Source of the DNA: Octopus sinensis
Lineage: Eukaryota
Assembly (NCBI RefSeq): GCF_006345805.1
Contig: NC_043005.1
Span: 23,932,001 to 23,996,000 of the forward strand
Direction of reading: 5' to 3'
Length of the DNA stretch: 64,000 bases
Within the stretch, counting starts at the first letter, position 1, and the number at the start of each line of letters is the position of its first letter. A program made the position numbers and the translations under genes. A model generated the notes under the pieces. That model made no database searches and was not told where the DNA came from. It saw only the letters and a list, made by a program, of their open reading frames with translations. Of the stretch, positions 52,657 to 64,000 are shown in pieces.

Positions 52657-54856
52657 CAGGCTTACAGGGACCGGATTAGCACATTAGTTCAGAGAGCATT
52701 GACAGGTGCGATCATCAACAACAGATGGTGGTATGCTCCAAAGAAAGCAATTAAAGCAGAATCGGTTAAGTACAGTAAGGCCCTAGCATTAGACCGAAAT
52801 AGAAAAGACGGAGACTTAGTTAAGAATTTAGAAGAGGCACTTAGAACTGGCATCGTGTCCAACGTACTGGCAGCGAGGTTGGCCCTCGACCAACACCTCA
52901 ACGCCAAACACGAAGGATGCTTTGTCACTACTTGGAGGCTGTCCATAAAGCGGCTGGTTTCGGTCCCATCTTCCGCGGTTGGATCGCTGCCTTATATAGC
53001 AGCATCCGCTCAGTAGTTCGCGTAAATAGTCATCTATCCAGAACTTTTAACATCATGCGTTCGGTTCGTCAAGAATGCCCCCTCTCATCGCTTCTGTATG
53101 TATTGACTCTTGAGTCACTAGTGCAGAAACTGGCGATGCTGAGGGGCATCCCACGAGAGCTGGGACGCAGGAGGAGCGTGTCTGCATACGCGGACGACGT
53201 CACTGTCATAGTGTCGAGCCGTAAGCACATAGACCTGGTCGGCGAGACACTAAAAGAATACGAATCGGTAACGGGAACAAAAATTAACCGGGAAAAGTCA
53301 GTGGGCTTGCGGCTCGGTACCTGAAGAAGCAAGCACATGTCGTCCAACAGCGTCTCCATCGTGGGACACCGGACCGACGGACCGGTTAAATTGCTTGGTG
53401 TCTGGAGAAGAACTGGGACGCAGTAACGACTAGGGTAGCCACTCTCACCCAGCAATGGGCTGAGAGGAAGCTATCCCTAAAAGGTCGGGTGGAGGTGGCG
53501 AACGCGTACATCGCATCCACCATCGAGTACCGTCTTACCGTCGTGCCTTGTCTCGACCCTACCATCACCAAACTGGAACGCATACTCTGCCGCTTCCTGT
53601 GGAAGGGAAGCGTTCTGATGATTAGGTGATCCATTTACTGTCAACACCCGCTAAATGGAGGGCTAGGAATTCCGTTGTTGATGATACACTGAGACTGCGA
53701 CATCTCCGGCGTTTCATAGACGACGGTGAACAGGTGTGGTCGCCTTTTGTGCGTCGCGCTTTCCTGCAGCTCGTCTCCTTGGCCGAACTACAGTCGTGGA
53801 TCAAACAGAGACCGAGGCAAGTGAATGGCACCGCGAGTGTCGCGTTGCTCTCAAGCAACTCTGCCGTCCGGGACCAAACCTGTGCGACTTCATTACAATA
53901 AAAGCGCTCTATAGAGGATTAGTGGAGGGGAGGTGCGATGACGTTCTCGGGCAGAATCTGGGCGTCGACGGGGAACACCTGACCCGCCTGTTCAGGACAA
54001 CCTTCGGGCCGGGACCTATGAACAATCACCAAAGATCCCTGGCCTGGCAGTGCTATCGAGAAGCATTACCTGTTCGGGATAAGTTCTACAGGCACGGTTC
54101 GAGACACACTGGACCGACTTGCCCGAGATGCGGTCAGAGCGACGAAACCGTTCTGCAGGCACTCGTGCAGTGTCTAGTCATTTCGGACCTGTGGGCTTAT
54201 GCCGAACGGCTGCTGGCCCGTGTGGGACGAGTCCGCCTGTCGGCCGAGTCTACCGTGTATATAGCTCCGCCACCTTCCCTCAACCGGGAAGGCAAGGCAG
54301 TCGTCATCGTACTGGTGTCCATGGTGAAAGAATGTGTGTGGTGGACTCGAGCGAAAGGATTAGAGACAAACACATACCTCTCTGGCCAATCGCTCATCAA
54401 CTTTTTGAAGTACCACTTGAAAAGGACGGTGAGAATGGAGAGGCAGGTTTTGTCTCGTGAAAGTTTCAAAAAAAGGTGGGTGAATGTAGCAAAGATGGTG
54501 CATGCGAGTGACGTAACCACTTTGAGCATGATCCTGTAAATCGTACAAAGAGAGAGAGAGAGAGAGCACTTTGTTCTCATGTGTTTATTTTCCCCTGCTT
54601 GAGGTTAACGTGGTCTTTTCTGTAGGCTTTTCTTTCCACGGATGAACCTCATCCTGTTTCTTAATTTAAAAAAAAAAGTCTTTCTGTGATACACGATCCC
54701 TTTTGATCGCCTTTTTTTCTTTCCCCGTTCCCTTTTGATCGGAATTTTACATTTGTTCCCTTATTCTTACCTTTTTCTCTTCCATTTTTGAAAAGAAAAG
54801 CTCTACATTTGTATTTTCCCCCCTGTGTTCAGCCCTGTGTAGCCAATAAAGAAAGT
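52657..54856 (+). mobile_element. L1/Tx1-clade LINE ORF2 3' portion, decayed with an internal deletion, in a (CTAC/CTAT)n tract
   Basis: RSVRQECPLSSLLYVL...AYADDVTV; LSLKGRVEV; CPRCGQSDETV..ALVQC zinc motif; ends GCCAATAAAGAAAG. Confidence 0.9.
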
Positions 54857-54919
54857 TACCTACCTACCTACCTACCTACCTACCTACCTACCTACCTACC
54901 TACCTACCTATTTACCTAC

Positions 54920-55022
<103 letters not shown>

Positions 55023-55512
55023 CCTGTCTATCTATGTATCTATCTATCTGTCTATCTATATTTCTTCAGTGTCCATCAACGGAAGACATGAGCCATCATC
55101 GACAAGACGAATAAACTGGCGTTTGGATAATGAATTACTCTGTGGTATTCATTTCAAGCATCATATACGTTTTCTTGTCACATCATAAATGAAATGAACC
55201 AGTGACTGTTCTGTTGGAAGCCTGTAACTAACAGGGCTATAGTTCAAAGAACGCGATATAAAATAAACACACACAAATACATACACACACATATATATAT
55301 AAAGCGTGTCTTATATAACAAAAAGTGACAGAGAGGGAGAGCGAGGGAGAGAAAAAGAGAGGGAGAATCAGTGATAGAAATACAAATCTCTGTTTTCCAC
55401 GAGTTGAAAAATGGCTGTCTAGATTCAACTCCAGTAGACGATATCATATAAACGTGATCAATAAACGCTGAAAAGCTATCTCTGTTCTCAAATGACATTT
55501 ATATATATTCAC

Positions 55513-55577
<65 letters not shown>

Positions 55578-55787
55578 GACACACACACATATATAAACAT
55601 ATTTACGTATATGCACATATATAACATACATATGCACACACACGCACATATATACATATACGCACACACACACATATACAAACATATATATTCGTATATA
55701 TATATATATATATATATACATATATAGACATACGTATATATAGATAGATATATATATGTATACATATATGTATACATATATGTATAC

Positions 55788-55820
<33 letters not shown>

Positions 55821-55826
55821 TGTATG

Positions 55827-55889
<63 letters not shown>

Positions 55890-56415
55890 ATATATATATA
55901 TATATTATATATATATATTATATACGTATGTATGTATATGTATTCCTATATGATGACGGCATTGATTATTGAAATGCATAGAAAGAAAACTTTGAAAAGA
56001 TGCGAAACTTGATGTCAATAAATTGGAAAGAATAGTGGAATGGGAAAAAAAAGCAAGCTGAGTGATGTTACAGACAAAATAATTTGTGATTTGGTGTACT
56101 TACACCGTATTACATTCTGTGTTCAATTCCAGTTTAGGTAAAATGATACATTTCATCTTTCCTGTGTCAATAAATTTAAGGACTTACTAAGCGGTTAGAA
56201 AAAAACAACTGTTTACTCTTTGCTTTATATATTCGACATTTCGGGTTTAAGAACCTTTGTCAACAGAAAATGGTTATGCTGACGAGCTCCACTCATCCTT
56301 GTGTCATTTGTAAATCCTGTCGATTTAAAATAATAGAATACGTATTATCTCATGTATTGAGTTCTATTTGTCATCTTTGTTCTACCAAACTGTGTGTGTG
56401 TGTATGTGTGTGTTA

Positions 56416-56563
<148 letters not shown>

Positions 56564-56695
56564 GCCAGTCTGTCTGTCTGCCTGCCTGTCTGTCTTTCTG
56601 TCTGTCTGTCTGCCTGTCTAACTGTATGTTTGTCGGTCAGTCTGTCTTTCTGACTATATATCGATACAAACATGGTAGTGTGTGTGTGTGTGTAT

Positions 56696-56751
<56 letters not shown>

Positions 56752-56840
56752 CGCACCCATCAATATATATATATATATAAATTAGAAAAAACATCTTTTA
56801 TCAATTCAATAATGAAAACTTAAATTATACCATCTAGAAA

Positions 56841-56988
56841 ATTACATCTTATAGAAAGATTAAATATAAGATAAAACATATAACGATGATTAAGTAATGT
56901 GCAAAATAATAAATAAAACGTATATATTTGGTAGAATAACGACATGTTTTTCGTGGTTATATTCAAGAAATGATTATAGTAAAAATAT

Positions 56989-57026
<38 letters not shown>

Positions 57027-57228
57027 AAATCACTTCAATATAAATATAGCCACTCATCAGTAGTGATTTTACTACTACTACTAATATTTTTACTATAATC
57101 ATTTCTTAAATATAGCCACGAAAAACATGTCGTTATTCTACCAAATATATACGTTTTATTTATTATTTTATACATTACTTAATTATCGTTATATGTTTTA
57201 TCTTATATTTAATCTTTCTATATGTAAT
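56841..57228. repeat. Foldback inverted repeat: arms 56841-57034 and 57062-57228
   Basis: Reverse-complement match with a few substitutions and different (TAG)n length; 27-nt spacer. Confidence 0.9.
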
Positions 57229-57239
57229 ATAGTACTGAC

Positions 57240-57610
57240 ATGGTCATTGGTACTGACATGGACATTGCAAGCTTTCGCAACAACCAAGGCACTGTACCCT
57301 GCTTCCAATCGGTCGATAGCTTGTCCTCTCTGTGCTGCTGATAGTCAGATCATACCTGAAATTACGAATGCCAGGAAGGCGGTTTAAGTTGAATTTTGTA
57401 CCCATAACCTCCACGTGATGGACGTGCAATTCAGTTTTCATGAAAATGTTTGCGACTGCCACCCACAGCATTCAACGCAGCTGCGTTTTGGCGTCTCGTT
57501 TCAGGGAAAGTTGAAAGATTATCTGCAATGTGAGTTTCAGTTATAAACCAGCATGTCTTGGAATATTTACAATTACATCACCGAAATAAATTTGCAGAAT
57601 TTACCATATA
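57240..57610 (-). mobile_element. Tc1-like transposon 5' fragment
   Basis: LSAAQRGQAIDRLEAGYSALVVAKACNVHVST, a helix-turn-helix N-terminus. Confidence 0.65.
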
Positions 57611-58833
57611 AAAATGACATTTGAAAAAATCGTGTTTCTTTTGTGGTTCAGGGTATATATCGAGAGGAGTTAAGAAATACAACGTGAAATAGAGGGAAAG
57701 GAGGAAAGAGCGTTAGAGGGAGAGAAAAAGAAAGAGAGAGGGAAAGAAGAGGGGAAGAGAGAGAGAAACGAAGAGACATTACAGATTCGTAAGATTTGCT
57801 ATTTCCTCGCCGACTTATTTCTTTTCACCGCTTGCCGATAAGAAGTTGCGAATATGAAAATAAATGCGATACGATTTTCTGGATTCGATAAATACTTCAC
57901 AGAAGGTGAATAGGTGAAGAGAAGAGAAGCAAATTAGGCGACATGAAACACTGAACGAATGATTAGAGGAGAGAATTACACGAAAGAAAGAAAAGAGTAT
58001 TTCAATAAATTGTCTCTTTTCGTGGTATTTCCAATCTTAAACACGGTTGTATCGATTCGAATTGCAGTAATAAATTAGACAAAATTAGATTCAGCCGCAG
58101 ATTTTTAACCATAATTGAGTCATTCTGTTTATCTTAGTTAATTACATATAAAAGGGATATTCCTCTTTCTTTCCTTTTCTTTCTTTCTTTCTTTTATCAC
58201 TTCTCTCTCTATCTACCTTTATATTCTGCACGACTTGTCTTTCGCTTGTTAGCTCGAAGGATACTTTCCCCACTGTCTTCTTCCTTTTGTCTCCTCTCTT
58301 GTCTTCTTTTCTTTGTTTTCATTGTCCCTCTCTCGCTTTTTCTTTGCCCCTCCACTTTCTCTCTCTCTTTTTTTTTTCTCATTTATCATATCCTTTCCTT
58401 CTTCTTTAACTGAAACACTAAACGACACTAATCTGATACTGTATTCACTTAGGCGAGCGATGCACTTACGCAGACTGATTAACAACTGAGAAAATGAACA
58501 TGGTAAACACCGAGATGACAAACAGTCCAATTAAAATGCTCACAAGGAAAAATGTAAACAGACACACACATTACTGAGCCGAGAAAGGCAAAAGTAAACA
58601 ACGATGTGATATACAGAAGGTTGGTTAAAAAGTCGAGTAAGGAATAAGATATATAAAATGGTGACACGAATTTATTGAATAAACAGCTGAAACGGGAACG
58701 TGGTAAACATGGCGAATATTTTGCAAGGAAATAAACTGGTATAATATAGATTATTTCTATATGAATTTGACAAGCGTGAACAATGGACAACAATGTATGT
58801 ACCAGTTAAAGAAGATATGGAATATTTACTTAC

Positions 58834-58956
58834 CTGTTTTATCAGGAACAGATGACCTGCCGACAATCGTTTAGCTATACCATTAGTTATTGACACCGCA
58901 TGTACATTTATCAGTCAGAACGGACAATGGAATGAAGCGGTCACTTTATAAATCAC
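58834..58956 (-). other. Candidate 123-nt non-coding exon
   Basis: Acceptor TTATCTTCAG| and donor CAG|GTAAGT at consensus; stop codons in all three frames. Confidence 0.35.
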
Positions 58957-59178
58957 CTGAAGATAATAACTGTGACAGAAAGGTAATGGAAATTATCTTC
59001 AGAGTACTGTAATGTGGGAATATATGTAAGCTGGAATGCTTACATACACGCTAGATGATATAATGTAGCGCATAAACTCATGGCCTCGACAGTACAACTT
59101 CAGTTCACGTAAGCGAGACATTTTCTCGGTGATAGTCAACGATTTTACAAGTTTTAGACACACGCGCGCGTGCACAAA

Positions 59179-59233
<55 letters not shown>

Positions 59234-60031
59234 GTACACAAACACTCACACATACCCTTCATTGTCTTTGTTGTTCTACTGGCCATTATGTGTTATATTC
59301 CTCAGCTAATTTTCGCTTCAGTTATGCCATTGATTCTCAGCCGAGCTTCATATGACCCTAAGATGAGTTTTTTGGGGGAGTCCATATGGGCAAAATAGTT
59401 AATTAGGAGTCTGTGGTAGTATTCTAGGGGTCCATGAAGACATTTTGTTTTGGACATATTTTTTGCAAGAAACAGCTAAGTTTCTTTCTCTAACACTAGC
59501 GTGTAAACTTTCTTATTTCTGCCTTTACTTGAGTATTTCGTGCAGTGACATTTGCAATGGTACGATTTTATGCAAATTATCTAGGTAATAGATTTTTATA
59601 TAGTTAGATGCCTGGTCTGCTGAAGATAAGAAAGGTTATTTTGCTACACTGATGAGACACATATCACAAACGCATGTTCATAGCTGTCATTTTGTCTTCA
59701 GAAAATCACTGTCATTTCATTAATGGCTTGTCAATTTTGCAGAGTTCTCGACAGTTGAGATGATGTTCCTTCCTCATTTGGAGTTAGCACCACAAATTGT
59801 CACGAAGCGTTTGAAGTATGTTCTCTTTGGAAGACGAAACTGTTTCAATTAATCGAATTTCACTTGCATGTGCATTACTACAATCCCATTCGTCTTAGGT
59901 CATTTTCATTTCGCATACATACATACATACATACATACATACATACATACATACATACATACATACATGCATACATACATACATACATACATACATACAT
60001 ACATACATACATACATGCATGCATACATTCA

Positions 60032-60065
<34 letters not shown>

Positions 60066-61024
60066 CATACATATGTACATACATACATACATACATGTGT
60101 ATGTATGTTTGTCTTCAAATAACGTCCCCAGTTCTTCACAAATATTTTGCAGTATTTGTGCACAAATCCAAAATCATCATGAAAAATGTACAGAGGAAAA
60201 ACATCGAGGGACCATTGAGGTAAAAAAAAAGGGAGGATTCAAGTAAAGAGATGCAGAAAGAGTGAAAGTTTAAATAGAGTAGTAAGATCATCTCTTCTCT
60301 CTCTCTCTCTCACGCGCTCACTATCTCACATGGGATATTTCCGTTTCTCACTCACACACACATATATTCTTTCTCTTAGCCACACGATACACACACACAA
60401 GCACTCTCTTATTTACTCATCTGTATAGACAGTATATATTTGAACACTTATTAAAATTCCTCTTTTAAAAACTGTATCTTCGAAAAGCTAGTATGCCGCC
60501 GCTTCAAATGCCATGGAACTTACAAACTAATTCAATTTCTTCTTTCACATTTAAATTTTTATGTCCATGTAAAGTCAGCTATGCTCTCCTCTGCCTTCCC
60601 TTATTCTTTCTGTCTCTGTCTCTCCCGCCTCTCTCTATATTATCTATCTATTTATCTGTCTATGTATCTCTCTATTTTCTTTTACTTGTTCCAAATATCA
60701 CCAACTCAAGCTTGCCTATCATCAAAGTATCGAACTAAAATATTTAATTGTTGATCGTATACTTATTGAAAGTGAAAGGCAATGAAATAAAAAAAACAAA
60801 ACAAATTTAAGCAAAGGTTGACAACAATGATAAAGCATTCATGGCGACCAATGCAATTACAAACGGTATGGTAAGAATCAGTTCATACATACCGGTCATA
60901 TCAACACAAGAATCGGACGAAGAATATTTTCCAAACGCAAATATGAACTGTAAGAACAGAAATTTGATCTACACCAAATGCCTGAATTGAGAAGATATAT
61001 ATACATACATACATACATAAATAC

Positions 61025-61144
<120 letters not shown>

Positions 61145-61177
61145 TATATACATATACATATATATATATACATATAC

Positions 61178-61250
<73 letters not shown>

Positions 61251-61415
61251 GCGGACAGGAAACTCAGCACCGGAACTCGTAGGAGTACAGCGGCAACATA
61301 TTCGAGACCATAACATCTATCAGATCTCATTAAGTAATCATTTAGAAACATGCTGCTATAAATTGTTTTTGATATTTCTATTTTACAAACATAGCGATTC
61401 AAGTGAAGTTTGAAG

Positions 61416-62330
61416 TAGAGTAAGAGAAAAATATTTTGAGAAGTTTTAACCCATTCTAAATAGACATGACTAATAATAATGACCAGGAAGCATCATGGAA
61501 GTAGCTCAACAAGGGAGACCTAAAAATGAAGACTGAAAGCTTAATCATCGCTGCCCAGGACCAGGCATTAAATACCAACTCAGTGAAAAAGAATATATGC
61601 CTATTTCTTTACTACCCACAGAGAGGACAAACAAGGACAGACAAACGGATTAAGTCGATTATATCGACCCCAGTGCGTAACTGGTACTTATTTAATCGAC
61701 CCCGAAAGGATGAAAGGCAAAGTCAACCTCGGCGGAATTTGAACTCAGAACGTAACGGCAGACGAAATACCGCTAAGCATTTCGCCCGGCGTGCTAACGT
61801 TTCTGCCACCTCGCCACCTTTATGAAAAATAATATATACCACACGAGTGCAGGATGTGTGGGAAGAGGGTTGAAAGTGTAACTCACGTTGTTAGTGCTTG
61901 TGAAAGTCTTGCGCAGAAAGAGTATAAGCGTAGACACGACAAGGAAGCCCAAAACCTCCACTGGCTATTTTGCTGTAATTATGGATATGAGGTTACGGGT
62001 GCTTGATACCAACATACACCGAAAAAGGTAATGGACGAAAAGGGAAAGGCAAAAATCCTTTGGGACTTTGATTTCCAGACAGACATATAATAACCTCTAG
62101 GAGGGGCGAACAAGAGTGCTTAATAATCGACGTAGCAGTGCCACCAGATTAGCATATCATTATGAAAGAAAGAGAAAAGGTTAAAAAATATGGAGACCCG
62201 AGAATTGAGATTGCTAAGATGCGGCAGCTACGAGAGTCAATCGTAAAGTTTATTTATCCCTATTGTCATCGGAACATAGGGTTTAAAACCACCCAATCTG
62301 AAAAAAGAAAAAAACGTCTGAAAACCTTAG
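61416..62330 (+). mobile_element. R4/Dong-type LINE C-terminal fragment interrupted by a family B SINE (61602-61818, -)
   Basis: KTESLIIAAQDQALNT...CRMCGKRVESVTHVVSACESLAQKEYKRRHD...LHW...ILWDFDFQTD. Confidence 0.85.
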
Positions 62331-62511
62331 AAATAACTTACAGGAGTGGCTGTGTGGTAAGTAGCTTGTTTACCAGCCACATGGTTCCGGGTTCAGTCTC
62401 ACTGCGTGGCACCTTCGGTAAGTGTCTTCAAATATAGCCTCGGGCCGACCAAAGCCTTGTGAGTGGATTTGGTAGACGGAAACTGAAAGAAGTCCGTCGT
62501 ATATATGTATA

Positions 62512-62840
62512 CTAGCAGTATCGCCCGGCGTTGCTCAGGTTTGTAAGGGAAATAACTATAAAGCATTTTTAGAGAGTTATAGCAAAAAAATGGAAAAAAA
62601 TGATGGTAAATTATCCGGTTTGTGTTTCTGATTCTCGACCCCATGTCGAATTTATCGATTTTTTTCAGAACTGGGGGAACTTTTCAAAATTTTCGCTGCG
62701 TTAGTTTTGAATTATGACATTGGGCTATGTGTGTGTCAAGTTTCATCAGAATCGGTTGAAAGCTGTGGTCAGGGTGAGGGTACAAGCAAACAGACACACA
62801 GAAACACGCACAGACAAACTGCCGTTTATATATAGAGAGA
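62512..62840 (-). mobile_element. Non-autonomous Helitron, copy 1
   Basis: Minus strand starts A|TC, ends CTAG|T, with a subterminal GC-rich near-hairpin. Confidence 0.75.
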
Positions 62841-62998
62841 TAAATAACAACAAAATTTAGCCTGTATGTGTTTCATTGACCTGCTACAAAAAGTAGCGAA
62901 ACTTCTTTTTTTTAAATTTTTATACCGAATAGAGAAACCAATTTTATAGTGTGTGTTGTGTGTGTGTGTGACGTCTGAATATTACATTGTAGATTATA

Positions 62999-63380
62999 CT
63001 AGCAGTATCGCCCGGCGTTGCTCAGGTTTGTAAGGGAAATAACTATAAAGCATTTTTAGAGAGTTATAGCCAAAAAATAGCAAAAAAATGGAAAAAAAAT
63101 GATGGTAAATTTTTTTTTGAGAGTAAAAAAGGTTGAGTTGCGTCCCCTAGACAGTCTGTGGTTTGTTTTTTTTTATTCTCGACCCCATGTCGAATTTATC
63201 GATTTTTTTCAGAACTGGGGGAACTTTTCAAAATTTTCGCTGCGTTAGTTTTGAATTATGACATTGGGCTATGTGTGTGTCAAGTTTCATCAGATCGGTT
63301 GAAAGCCGTGGTCAGGGTGAGGGTACGAGAAAACAGACACACAGAAACACGCACAGACAAACTGCCGTTATATATAGAGA
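62999..63380 (-). mobile_element. Non-autonomous Helitron, copy 2
   Basis: Same TC...CTAG termini; ~50 bp longer internally than copy 1. Confidence 0.75.
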
Positions 63381-63782
63381 TATATATATATATATAATAT
63401 ATATGTGTGTATGTGTTTGGGTGCTGTGTTTGTCCCCCTAGCATTGCTTGACAACCGATGCTGGTGTGTTTATGTCCCCGTTACTTAGCGGTTCGGTAAA
63501 AGAGACCGATAAAATAAGTACTGGGCTTACAAAGGAATAAGTCCCGGGGTCGATTTGCTCGATTAAAGGCGGTGCTTCGGCATGGCCGCAGTCAAATGAC
63601 TGAAACAAGTAAAAGAGTAAAAGAGTAAAGAGTAATCTAGATGTATTGCAAAAGTCGGCATTACTTGGAACTGCACGCATATTGTGTTAAGCAATGTCTG
63701 TCCTTGTTGTGACTTGACAAACAGAACAAACTCCCGACAGACACAATATCTTCAATCAACAACCTCACGATATTGTATACTG

Positions 63783-63892
63783 TTTTAGGTCTCCCTTGTT
63801 GAGCTACTTCCATGATGCTTCCTGGTCATTATTATTAGTCATGTCTATTTAGAATGGGTTAAAACTTCTCAAAATATTTTTCTCTTACTCTA
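63783..63892 (-). repeat. 110-bp inverted copy of 61416-61525
   Basis: Apparently perfect reverse-complement match. Confidence 0.9.
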
Positions 63893-64000
63893 TAATAATA
63901 AAATCAAATTTTAGTTTAAATTCAGTTTAATAATCAGGTTATTAATCCGAATTTGAACTTAATTTCACTTAACAATATTTAACATATGGTTTGTAATTTC

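Larger units (their letters stand above)
62343..63630 (+). mobile_element. Family A SINE split by two Helitron insertions
   Basis: 5' half 62343-62500; 3' half ~63410-63630. Confidence 0.8.

Noticed and set aside
56225-56270. Minus-strand TGACAAAGG...CCCGAAATGTC hammerhead-like motif
   Set aside because: Core degenerate and no stem I
59643-59690. Hammerhead-like CTGATGA...ACAAAC...GT
   Set aside because: GAAA core broken and stems too short; at best a relic

Overview
AT-rich, microsatellite-laden eukaryotic DNA made almost entirely of transposable-element debris. The SINE families and repeat style look like an octopod cephalopod genome (inference). I found no convincing host protein-coding gene; most ORF-track entries are microsatellite artefacts. 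Recognisable elements: a near-full-length RTE LINE (26540-30025), CR1, R4/Dong-type and L1/Tx1 LINE fragments, Penelope-like (PLE) GIY-YIG/RT relics, mariner, Tc1, Tigger and hAT DNA transposons, two non-autonomous Helitrons, three tRNA-type SINE families and a 100-N gap. The standout locus is 30045-34269: a ~364-nt non-coding monomer with terminal redundancy and an inverted copy (retrozyme/PLE-like), carrying a minimal type I hammerhead ribozyme with a variant CCGANGA core. Two diverged ~1.7-kb cassettes, each encoding only a CCHC zinc-knuckle ORF1/Gag-like protein, are inserted in tandem at one GATAT site in it, and the opposite arm preserves the empty site. A second CCGA-core hammerhead with covarying stem I lies in a 2.86-kb foldback (6407-9270), and hammerhead motifs or pieces occur in four of the five long inverted repeats listed. 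All folds were done by eye and need computational and biochemical confirmation.
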